DNA from: an uncultured Chloroflexia bacterium
GTDB lineage: Bacteria > Chloroflexota > Limnocylindria > Limnocylindrales > CSP1-4
Length of the DNA stretch: 64,000 nt
Direction of reading: 5' to 3'
Assembly (NCBI GenBank): GCA_963828965.1
Contig: CAWHGL010000004.1
Coordinates: 12,146 to 76,145, forward strand
Part shown: positions 20,802 to 28,606 of the stretch, one piece after another
How the letters are laid out: the number at the start of each line of letters is the position of its first letter
Position numbering within the stretch: position 1 is the first letter of the stretch
Position numbers and translations under genes: made by a program
Notes under the pieces: model-generated
What the model was told of the DNA's origin: nothing
The model's input: only the letters and a program-made list of their open reading frames with translations
The model's database searches: none

Positions 20802-21796
20802 CAGGCGGCGCCCGCCGCGGTCGTGTCGGCATCGGCGCTGGTCTCGGCGCCGGCGACCAGTTGGAGGAAGACGTCCTCGAGGGTGGGGCGGACCTGTTCG
20901 AACCGGGTCAGGTGGACATCCGCCGCGACCACCATCGGGAGCAGGCCGGCCGCCGCCGCCGTCTCGTCGCGCACGGTCACGACGAGCCCGCCGTCCGTCT
21001 CGGTCACGCCCGCGCACCATGGAGCGGCGGTCAGGGCTGCCCGCAGCGCGGCGAGCGCCGCGGTCTGGCCCGGCCACGGCTCGAGTCGGTAGGAGGCGGT
21101 CGCGACGGTCGCCAGCAGGTCGTCGAGCGCGGCCTCCTTGATGAGCCGTCCGTGATCGAGGATGGCCACCCGGTCGCAGATGCGCTCGACGTCGTCGAGC
21201 ACGTGCGTGCTGAAGATGACGGTCGCGACCCCGCGCAGGTCGGCGATGAGCGTCAGCAGGTCGCGCCGGCCGCCGGGGTCGAGCGAGCTGACGGGCTCGT
21301 CGAGGATAAGCAGCGTCGGCTCGGCCACCAGGGCCGCGGCGATCCCGAGGCGCTGGCGCATCCCGCCCGAGTAGCCGGCGATGCGCCGCTTGGCGTCGGC
21401 CGCCAGCCCGGCCTGATCGAGCGCCGCGGCCGCCCGGCTCCGAGCCGCGGCGGGGTCGAGCCCCGCCAGCCGGGCCGCCAGCTCGACGAGCTCCCGGCCC
21501 CGCATCCAGCCGTAGAACCGCGGCGCCTGGTCGAGGACGCCGACCGACCGGCGGATGGCGGGATCGTCGGGGCCGACGACGACACCGTCGATGGTGGCGC
21601 TACCCGCGCTCGGCCGGGCCAGCCCGATGAGCAGGCGGAGGGTCGTGGTCTTGCCGGCGCCGTTGGGTCCGAGCAGCCCGAACACCGAGCCTGCCGGGAT
21701 GTCGAGGTCGAGTCGATCGACGGCCAGGACGCCGTCGCCCGGGCCACCGAAGCGCTTCGTCAGCCCACGCGCCGCGACGGCCGACGGCCCGCTCAC
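20801..21796 (-). CDS. ABC transporter ATP-binding protein (partner of the ABC-2 permease).
   Basis: GTG start at 21796 preceded by GGGAGGAGG. Walker A GPNGAGKTT, signature YSGGMRQRLGIAAAL and Walker B LLILDEP are present. It carries a roughly 100 aa C-terminal extension. Confidence 0.85.
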   Translation of the reverse strand: MSGPSAVAARGLTKRFGGPGDGVLAVDRLDLDIPAGSVFGLLGPNGAGKTTTLRLLIGLARPSAGSATIDGVVVGPDDPAIRRSVGVLDQAPRFYGWMRGRELVELAARLAGLDPAAARSRAAAALDQAGLAADAKRRIAGYSGGMRQRLGIAAALVAEPTLLILDEPVSSLDPGGRRDLLTLIADLRGVATVIFSTHVLDDVERICDRVAILDHGRLIKEAALDDLLATVATASYRLEPWPGQTAALAALRAALTAAPWCAGVTETDGGLVVTVRDETAAAAGLLPMVVAADVHLTRFEQVRPTLEDVFLQLVAGAETSADADTTAAGAA

Positions 21797-21993
21797 GCCT
21801 CCTCCCGTCCGACCACCAGGTACAGGATCGGACCGAAGAGGCTGAAGAACAGGATGATCAGCCCCCACATCAGCTTGCTGCCGCCGCGGACCTGTCGTTC
21901 GGGTTTGAGCAGGTCGCGCAGCGCGATGACGATGAGGACGATCTCGAGGACGATGATCGGGGTGAGGAGCAGGACGATCTGCGTCGTGTTCAT
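21793..21993 (-). CDS. PLDc_N-type small membrane protein (66 aa, two TM helices).
   Basis: MNTTQIVLLLTPIIVLEIVLIVIALRDLLK...LMWGLIILFFSLFGPILYLVVGR. Translationally coupled on both sides (ATGA / GTGA overlaps). Confidence 0.7.
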   Translation of the reverse strand: MNTTQIVLLLTPIIVLEIVLIVIALRDLLKPERQVRGGSKLMWGLIILFFSLFGPILYLVVGREEA

Positions 21994-22616
21994 GCGCTGA
22001 CCGGCACCCCCAGGCGACGCCGGACGGCCCGTCGGGCGCGGACGAGGACCTCGCGGTCGCCCGACGCCGGGTAGGCCAGGTGGGCGTGCACGGCGTGCGA
22101 TTCGATCTCGTAGACGAGCTGGTCGACGTCCTCGTCAAGGGCCAGCTCGCCAGCGTCGCGCGCGATCACGGCGTGCTCGTGGAGCAGGCCCAGCCAGTAG
22201 CGCTCGAAGGCGGTCAGCCGTTCGGTCACCTGGCCGGGGCGCATGTGCATCTCGGCGAGCGTGGCGGCGAAGAAGCAGCCGCCGGGGAACACCCGCCGCT
22301 CGAGATGGTCGAGGAATTCGTCGATGAGCGCGACGAGGGTCGCCCGTCCCGGCGGGGCCTGGATCGCGCGATCCACGACCTCGGCGTCGAAGGTGGCCCA
22401 GGCGCTCTCGATGGTGGCCAGCTGGAGCGCCTCCTTCGACCGGAAGTGCGCGAACAGCCCGCTCTTGCTCATGCCGAGGTGGTCGGCAAGGGAGCCGATC
22501 GACAGCCGGTCGAGGCCCTCCACGGTGGCCAGCTCGGCGGCGGCCGCGACGATGGCCGTGCGCGTGCGCAGCCCGTCCGAGCGCTGGCGGCGTGGGGGAT
22601 CGGCCAGGGTCGTCAT
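21990..22616 (-). CDS. TetR/AcrR family transcriptional regulator.
   Basis: HTH region LSIGSLADHLGMSKSGLFAHFRSKEAL. Start is the ATG at 22614-22616 (MTTLADPP...). It is first in a four-gene coupled operon. Confidence 0.85.
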   Translation of the reverse strand: MTTLADPPRRQRSDGLRTRTAIVAAAAELATVEGLDRLSIGSLADHLGMSKSGLFAHFRSKEALQLATIESAWATFDAEVVDRAIQAPPGRATLVALIDEFLDHLERRVFPGGCFFAATLAEMHMRPGQVTERLTAFERYWLGLLHEHAVIARDAGELALDEDVDQLVYEIESHAVHAHLAYPASGDREVLVRARRAVRRRLGVPVSA

Positions 22617-22654
22617 GCGTCCATCCGGGTTTGGGGTCGGGCGTCCATCAAAAC

Positions 22655-22703
22655 ATAGCACGACCGGTCGTACGGTCTACTCCTAGATAGCACGACCGGT
22701 CGT
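22655..22703. promoter_or_regulatory. Two direct copies of the 17 bp ATAGCACGACCGGTCGT, each holding the perfect 12 bp palindrome ACGACCGGTCGT. Likely the operator of the adjacent TetR.
   Basis: Read directly at 22655-22671 and 22687-22703, which is 39 to 87 bp upstream of the tetR start and upstream of the divergent small ORF. Confidence 0.6.
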
Positions 22704-22739
22704 TCTGACGGACACGGTCCCAGCCGAGGAGGCACCCAG

Positions 22740-22931
22740 ATGATCATGCATCTCGCCGGCGACCTGATGACCCGCCCGATCGAGCCCATCCGGATCGTCG
22801 ACGTCTCACCGTTCCACACCCGCCTCAGCGCCCGCCGCCCCTCGGCACCCAAGGTCGAGCGCTGGGTCCCCCGGCTGGCCGCGGCCTGCCTCGCGGTCGG
22901 GATCGGGGTGCGCGCCCTGATCGGGGCATGA
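22740..22931 (+). CDS. Small hypothetical protein 1 (63 aa; MIMHLAGDLMTRPIEPIRIVDVSPF...RLAAACLAVGIGVRALIGA), a predicted single-pass or tail-anchored membrane protein.
   Basis: AGGAGG Shine-Dalgarno 7 nt upstream of the ATG. Third-codon positions are almost all G/C, matching genome bias. The C-terminus carries a hydrophobic helix. Confidence 0.4.
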   Translation: MIMHLAGDLMTRPIEPIRIVDVSPFHTRLSARRPSAPKVERWVPRLAAACLAVGIGVRALIGA

Positions 22932-23106
22932 GCGAGCCGCAGCGGCCGGATGTCATCCGCGGCCTCGGCATCCGTCCAGCCCACCTTGCCTCCGCCCGTC
23001 GATGGCTCGCGAGGCCGCCCGGCCCGAGGATCGACCCCATCGATGCCACGACCGGCCGTGCCCCATCGAGATCACCACGAGCCGGACATCGAAGGAGCAC
23101 CGTCCG

Positions 23107-23289
23107 ATGATCATGACCAGCCCTGACGCCCCGCTGGCGTTCAGCATCATCCGCCCCGTCTCGCCGAGCTCGACGCGACCCGTCGCCAGCCCGCAGGTCG
23201 CCCCGGCGTTCGCGCCGCGGGCCGTCCGTCGCGCCCTGGCCGCCGGCCTCGCCGGCGCCGCCGCCCTGGTGGTCGCCCTCGCCCTCTAG
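23107..23289 (+). CDS. Small hypothetical protein 2 (60 aa; MIMTSPDAPLAFSIIRPVSPSS...RRALAAGLAGAAALVVALAL), paralogous to the 22740 ORF.
   Basis: GAAGGAG Shine-Dalgarno 7 nt upstream. It shares the same MIM start, an I(I)RxVxxSP motif and a C-terminal Ala/Leu-rich helix. GC3 is high. Confidence 0.4.
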   Translation: MIMTSPDAPLAFSIIRPVSPSSTRPVASPQVAPAFAPRAVRRALAAGLAGAAALVVALAL

Positions 23290-23440
23290 GCCGTCACCAC
23301 TCTGGCGACCCGGCCGTGCAGCCCTGCACGCGTCCGGGTCGTCGGCGTTTCGGCCGCTGCTAGACTCGGGCGCGCCCGACCGACACCCCCCGCCGGTCGC
23401 GATCCCGCGGACGACCCGCATCGATGGAGGCCCACGACCG

Positions 23441-24263
23441 ATGACCGACGACCGCGAGCGCTGGGCGCTCATCCTGGGTGCCTCCTCGGGGATGGGCGAG
23501 GCGACCGCCATCACCCTGGCCAAGGCCGGCTACAACATCTGCGGCATCCACCTCGACTTCCGGGCGGCCCTCGGCCATGTCGAGGAGGTCAAGGCGGCCA
23601 TCGAGGCTGCCGGTGTCCAGGCGCTTTACATCAACATGAATGCCGCGGACGACGAGAAGCGGGCCGCCGCCATCGCGGCGCTCGGCGAGACGGTTCGATG
23701 CGTCGCGGGCGGCCGGTCGCGACCCCTATGTCCGGATCGTCATGCACTCGCTCGCGTTCGGCTCGCTGGTCCCGTTCCTGTCCGAGGACCCCAAGGGCGG
23801 CGTCGATCGCAAGAAGATGGAGATGACCCAGGACGTCATGGCCAACAGCCTCGTCTACTGGGTCCAGGACCTGTGGCGCGCCGGGTACCTCGGTCAGGGC
23901 TCCAAGATCTACGCGATGACGTCCGAAGGATCGACTCGCGTCGTGCCGTCGTACGGGGTCGTCTCGTCGGCCAAGGCCGCGCTCGAATCGCACGTCCGCC
24001 AGCTGGCGATGGAGCTCGCCCGCCACGGCACGGGCGCGACGGCGAATTGCATCCGGGCCGGGGTGACCGTGACGCCGGCCCTGCTCAAGATCCCCGAGTC
24101 GCAGACGATGATCGACATCACGATGAAGCGGAATCCGACCGGCCGGATGACGACGCCGCAGGATGTCGCCGATGCGATCCTCGCCCTGTCCGGCGAGGGT
24201 ACCGGGTTCATCAACGGCGACATCATCAGCGTCGACGGCGGCGAGTTCGTCACCGGCTCCTGA
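23441..24263 (+). CDS. SDR-family oxidoreductase, interrupted by a +1 frameshift near 23720-23730 (a CCCC run).
   Basis: The N-terminal MTDDRERWALILGASSGMGEATAITLAKAGY Rossmann region continues in the next frame as ...YVRIVMHSLAFGS...INGDIISVDGGEF. The track splits it into 23441 and 23640 ORFs. Confidence 0.6.
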
Positions 24264-24277
24264 CGGGTCCCGTCGCG

Positions 24278-25156
24278 ATGCACGGCAGGGTCATCGTCGT
24301 CGGGTCGGTCAACGTCGACCTCACGGTCACGACCGACCGCCTGCCCCGCCCCGGTGAGACCGTCACGGGTGGTCGCCTGGCCCAGCATGACGGCGGCAAG
24401 GGCGGCAATCAGGCCGTCGCGGCGGCCCGGCTCGGTGCCCGCACCACGTTCATCGGTGCCGTCGGCGACGATCCGTTCGGCGACCGGGCACGCCAGGCGC
24501 TGACCGCAGACGGCGTCGCGATCGATGGCGTGGCGATCCTCGAGGGAGAGGCGACCGGCGTGGCCTTCATCCTCGTGGACGCGCACGGTGAGAACCTCAT
24601 CGCCGTGGCGAGCGGCACCAACATGGCGCTCACGCCAGAGCTCGCCACCGCGGCCCTCGAGCGCGTCGGCGTCGGGCCGGGCGACATCGTCCTCGCGCCC
24701 CACGAGATCCCGACCGGCACCGTCCGTGCCGCGCTGGAAGCCGCACGGGCGCAAGGCGCGACCACGATCCTGAATCCCGCGCCGGCCCATGGGCTCGATC
24801 GAGCCACCCTCGCCGCTGCCCACATCCTGACCCCGAACGAGGGAGAACTGGCCGTCCTCCGGGACATCGGGCTGCCGGCCGACGCGACGCTCCTGGTGAG
24901 CCTTGGTGCGGCCGGTGCGCGGCTCGAGCAGGGCGGGATCAGCACGCATCTTCCGGCGATGTCCGTCACCCCGGTCGACACGGTCGGCGCCGGCGACACG
25001 CTCAATGGGGCGCTCGCCGCCGGGCTGGCTGCGGGACTCGGGCTCGAGGATGCCGCCCGGCGTGCGGTCGTGGCGGCATCACTGTCCGTGACCCGACCGG
25101 GCGCGCGCGGCGGGATGCCGACCCGGTCCGAGCTCGAGGCCGCGCTCGCGCGCTGA
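24278..25156 (+). CDS. rbsK: Ribokinase (PfkB family).
   Basis: MHGRVIVVGSVNVDL start, the GGKGGNQA motif and a C-terminal DTVGAGDTLNGALAAGL. Confidence 0.85.
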   Translation: MHGRVIVVGSVNVDLTVTTDRLPRPGETVTGGRLAQHDGGKGGNQAVAAARLGARTTFIGAVGDDPFGDRARQALTADGVAIDGVAILEGEATGVAFILVDAHGENLIAVASGTNMALTPELATAALERVGVGPGDIVLAPHEIPTGTVRAALEAARAQGATTILNPAPAHGLDRATLAAAHILTPNEGELAVLRDIGLPADATLLVSLGAAGARLEQGGISTHLPAMSVTPVDTVGAGDTLNGALAAGLAAGLGLEDAARRAVVAASLSVTRPGARGGMPTRSELEAALAR

Positions 25157-25939
25157 TCGGGCGCCGCCGGTCAGGGCATCGTCACCCCGAGCGCCCCGAC
25201 CCACGACCGAGAACAGGTAGATCCCGACCGCGCTCAGGACCGTCGCCACCGCGACCAGCTTCGAGTGGTCCCGCCGATGGGCCTCGGGCAGCAGCTCGGC
25301 GGCGCCGACGTACAGGAAGAAGCCGGCGAAGAAGCCGAGCATGGCGCCCAGGAACTCGTCGGGGACGGCCAGGATGGCCCCGACCAGGACACCGACGATC
25401 GGCGCCACCGCGACCACGGTGAGCCAACGGTAGGCCAGGTGGGCCGTCGCGCGGCTGGCCAGCAGGAACGAGATGACGCCGATGCCATCGCTGAAGCGGT
25501 GGACGACGACGACCACGGCGATCACGACGCCGGTCCCCCCACCGACCGCCAGGCCGGCCGCCAGCGCGACGCCGTCGAGGAAGCTGTGGATGCCCATCCC
25601 GGTCGCGCCGACCGTGCCGAGGTGCTGGTGGCTGGCGCTGTCGTGATCGAGCTCGACCGCGGTCTCGTGGCCGACATGCAGGGTCGTCAGCTGCTCGAGC
25701 ATGTAGAACGACAGGAACCCGAAGGCGGTCCAGACCATGGCCGCCTGGAGCGAGCCGAGCTGCTCGATCGACTCGGGGATGAGGTCGAAGAACGCCGCCC
25801 CGATCCGGACGCCGGCACCGATGGCGATGATGAGCCCGACCCAGCGGACTGCACGGAGCGCCAGCCAGCCACCCAGGAATGCCGACACGCAGGCGGCGAT
25901 CGAGACGACGAGCGCGGCGACGAGCGTGGGGGCGAGCAT
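25079..25939 (-). CDS. ZIP family metal (zinc) transporter, ZupT-like.
   Basis: TM-rich, with HSFLDGVAL and LPEAHRR motifs. The start overlaps the fur/zur stop (ATGA). It has an unusual 45 aa hydrophilic C-terminal tail that overlaps the convergent rbsK by about 78 bp. Confidence 0.7.
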   Translation of the reverse strand: MLAPTLVAALVVSIAACVSAFLGGWLALRAVRWVGLIIAIGAGVRIGAAFFDLIPESIEQLGSLQAAMVWTAFGFLSFYMLEQLTTLHVGHETAVELDHDSASHQHLGTVGATGMGIHSFLDGVALAAGLAVGGGTGVVIAVVVVVHRFSDGIGVISFLLASRATAHLAYRWLTVVAVAPIVGVLVGAILAVPDEFLGAMLGFFAGFFLYVGAAELLPEAHRRDHSKLVAVATVLSAVGIYLFSVVGRGARGDDALTGGARSARERGLELGPGRHPAARARSGHGQ

Positions 25940-26385
25940 CAGGCGCCGGCCTCGGGCGACTCGAGCGCCTGGCACGCCGGGCAGCGGCCGAAGAGCTCGA
26001 GGCGGTGCTCGTCGACCCGATAGCCGGTCTGACGAGCGACGTCACGAACGATCGCCCGGACCCGCGCGTCGTCGACGTCGGCGTTGCGCCCGCAGCCGGA
26101 GCACACGATGTGGTGGTGGTGGACCGGCCGGCAGGCGAGGTAGGCGTGTTCGCCGGTCGGCAGGTCGATGCGTTCGACTGCGCCCGCCTCGGAGAGCGCC
26201 TCGAGCGTCCGGAAGACGGTCGCCCGCCCGACGCCGAGCCGGCGATCGTGCGCACCCTCGACGAGGTCGGCGGCGGTGAACGGTCCCGGCTGATCGGCGA
26301 TGAGTCGCGCGACCTCGCGACGCGGTCCCGTCGAGCGGTAGCCGGCCGTTTCGAGCGCCGAGAGCAGGGGGGCGACATCGACCAT
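25939..26385 (-). CDS. Fur-family metalloregulator, probably Zur.
   Basis: 148 aa with the HHHHIVCSGCG...C...CPAC metal-site pattern. It is coupled to the ZIP transporter. Confidence 0.8.
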   Translation of the reverse strand: MVDVAPLLSALETAGYRSTGPRREVARLIADQPGPFTAADLVEGAHDRRLGVGRATVFRTLEALSEAGAVERIDLPTGEHAYLACRPVHHHHIVCSGCGRNADVDDARVRAIVRDVARQTGYRVDEHRLELFGRCPACQALESPEAGA

Positions 26386-26477
26386 GGGCCGCGCAGCCTA
26401 CCAGCGAGCGCGGCCCGTGTCGATACCCAGTCTCAGTTACAACTTCGGCGCCTCGCGCCGCGTGGCGGAGCCCGGCG

Positions 26478-27935
26478 CTAGTTCGCCGGGTCGCCGTCGC
26501 CGGCCTGGAAGAGCCCGAGCGCACCCCGCCCGACGAAGTTGAAGGCGTGGGTGACCATCGGGTACAAGCCGTCCTCGGGAGTCACGAACTCGATGATCGC
26601 GCCCTGCGCGGGCGAGAGGTCGACCGCCTGCGAGCCGAAATTCCCGGCGTTGCCCTGCTCGAGCCGGACGCCTTCCTTGATGACGGAGCTGAAGATCGTC
26701 CCAACGACGTGGAACGAGCTGTCGATGTTGGGTCCCGCGTCGAGGACGAAGACACGGACCTTGCTGCCCGTCCCGACCGCGAGTGGGTTGTCCTTGTACT
26801 GGTTGGCGACGCCGTTGAAGACGACGAAGTCGGGGGCGGGCGCCGCGGCTGCGGCCTTGGTCAGCGAGGCAGGTTCGCCTTGGGCGCCCAGGTACCACTC
26901 GCTCTGCACGATCGCGAACTCGTGGTCGACCTTGGGCAGGCCCTCCTTGGGCTCCACGATGACCATGCCGTACATCCCGTTGGCGATGTGATGGAGCGCC
27001 GGCGAGGTGCCGCAGTGGTACATCCACACGCCGGCGTACTCCGCCGTCCACTCGTACAGCTTCTCCTCCCCCGGGTTGATCGAGGTCATCTCGTCGTTCC
27101 AGGCGACCTGGCTGGCATGGAAGTCGACGGAGTGGGCGAGCTGGTTGGTGGCAGGGTTCTTGAGATGGATCCGGATCGTGTCGCCGACCTTGACCCGGAT
27201 GACCGGGCCGGGGACCGTGTCACCGAATGTCCAGGCGTGGACGACGAAGCCGGTCTTGGCCTTCGGGTCGTACTGGACGGTGATGTCCTTCTCCTGGATC
27301 ACGAGGTCGACGTCATGGACGGTGCCCGGGAGGAGCGCAGGAGCCTCCGCCGGGTAGAGCGTGTAGGGCGGCGCGTTCGGGTCGGGTTGCGTGTCGACCG
27401 CGGGCATGGGGCCACCGTGGTCGTCCGCCCCACCCGAGGCCGCGGTGCTGCCGGCGACCGTGATGGCGCCCTTCATCCCGGCATCGGCATGACCCGGGAT
27501 CGAGCACAGGAAGGTGACGCCGCTGTCGGGGACGGCGACGTTCACCGTGACAGCCTCGCCGGGCTTGGCGACGCCGGTCGTGCCGTCGGCGAAGGTGATG
27601 TCGTGCGGGATCGAGCCGGTGTTGGTCAGGGTGACGGCGTACGTGCCCGCCTTGTCGACCGAGAGCTCCTTGGGATCGAACCCGAGGTCGACGGCCTTGA
27701 CTTCGAGCGTGCCGAGCACCTCGCCCGCGGCGTCGGGGCTGGCGGCGGCCGCGGCTGGGCTGGCCGGCGACTCGGGTGCTGCGCTCGCATCCGCGCTCGG
27801 CGCGGCCGACTGGGCCGTCGCGGCGTGGCTCGTCACCGGTGGGTAGGTCCAGTGCCCTGCGGACGTGCTGGCGCAGCCGCCGAAGGCGAGGGCCGCGACG
27901 GCGACCAGGACGAGGGGGAGTGTGGGGCTGCGCAT
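26478..27935 (-). CDS. nirK: Copper-containing nitrite reductase (NirK) with an N-terminal cupredoxin domain, lipoprotein-anchored.
   Basis: Lipobox LAFGGCAS. Cupredoxin loop CSIPGHADAGM. Multicopper-oxidase motifs HAWTFGD, HSVDFHA and HCGTSPALHHIANGMYG. Start is the ATG at 27935. Confidence 0.8.
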   Translation of the reverse strand: MRSPTLPLVLVAVAALAFGGCASTSAGHWTYPPVTSHAATAQSAAPSADASAAPESPASPAAAAASPDAAGEVLGTLEVKAVDLGFDPKELSVDKAGTYAVTLTNTGSIPHDITFADGTTGVAKPGEAVTVNVAVPDSGVTFLCSIPGHADAGMKGAITVAGSTAASGGADDHGGPMPAVDTQPDPNAPPYTLYPAEAPALLPGTVHDVDLVIQEKDITVQYDPKAKTGFVVHAWTFGDTVPGPVIRVKVGDTIRIHLKNPATNQLAHSVDFHASQVAWNDEMTSINPGEEKLYEWTAEYAGVWMYHCGTSPALHHIANGMYGMVIVEPKEGLPKVDHEFAIVQSEWYLGAQGEPASLTKAAAAAPAPDFVVFNGVANQYKDNPLAVGTGSKVRVFVLDAGPNIDSSFHVVGTIFSSVIKEGVRLEQGNAGNFGSQAVDLSPAQGAIIEFVTPEDGLYPMVTHAFNFVGRGALGLFQAGDGDPAN

Positions 27936-27958
27936 CGGGTTCGCCTCGCGATCGAGAT

Positions 27959-27989
27959 AAAGACATACCAAAGTCGGTATGCGAATCTT
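27959..27989. promoter_or_regulatory. Candidate NsrR/Rrf2 operator. An extended AT-rich palindrome AAAGACATACC-AAAGTC-GGTATGCGAATCTT with a perfect CATACC/GGTATG core.
   Basis: Read directly, 25 to 55 bp upstream of the nirK start in a locally low-GC stretch. Confidence 0.45.
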
Positions 27990-28068
27990 CGCGCGCGATC
28001 CTGGCCTTGCCATGAGCCGAATGGCCCGTGCCGACGGGCCGGTCGGACCGACCAGGGCGGCGTCCGCG

Positions 28069-28482
28069 TCAGGCGGGTGGGCGGCTCAGGTCGGCGAGCG
28101 TGGTGGCCGCGAGGCGGCCCTGCATCGCGCTGCGGGCCTGGGCGAACGTGTCGTGGACGGCGCAGCGGCCGTCAGGGTCACACGGGATGCCGCGCAGGAT
28201 GCAGCGACGGTCGTCGTCCTCGGGCTCGACCGCGGCGATGACGTCGAACAGGGTGATGGCGCGCGCGGCGCGCGCCAGTCGATAGCCACCCGCGCGACCC
28301 GTCCGGGCCTCGACCAGACCGGCCCGCGCCAGGTCGCGCAGCACGCGCGGCAGGAACCGTTCCGGGATCGTCATCGCCCCGCTGATCCGCGACGCGCTCA
28401 GCCACGGCTCCACGTCGGGGGCCGAGAGGGCGAGCATGGCGCGGACCGCGTAGTCCCCGCGACGGGTCAACTCGAGGCGCAT
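28069..28482 (-). CDS. Rrf2-family transcriptional regulator, NsrR-like (NO-sensing Fe-S type).
   Basis: 137 aa with an N-terminal wHTH and three Cys in C-x8-C-x5-C (CILRGIPCDPDGRC). It is adjacent to nirK. Confidence 0.7.
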   Translation of the reverse strand: MRLELTRRGDYAVRAMLALSAPDVEPWLSASRISGAMTIPERFLPRVLRDLARAGLVEARTGRAGGYRLARAARAITLFDVIAAVEPEDDDRRCILRGIPCDPDGRCAVHDTFAQARSAMQGRLAATTLADLSRPPA

Positions 28483-28606
28483 GCCCGCAGTATCGCCGCG
28501 CTGACCGTACCGCGCCGCAGGTGACCTTCGTCCCGGTGCGCCGCCCGGGGGCTCGAGGGCAGACTGCGCCCGATGGGACCAGCTTGGTCCGGTCAAGAGA
28601 GGACCG

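Noticed and set aside
17896-20832. 978 aa minus-strand ORF
   Set aside because: Antisense to three well-supported plus-strand genes (a hypothetical, the CoA transferase and the ABC-2 region). Low-complexity Arg/Gly/Asp composition.
26386-26477. Zur box upstream of zur-zupT
   Set aside because: I looked for a TGAAAATGATTTTCA-like palindrome and found none. Only a GC hairpin overlapping the zur start is present.
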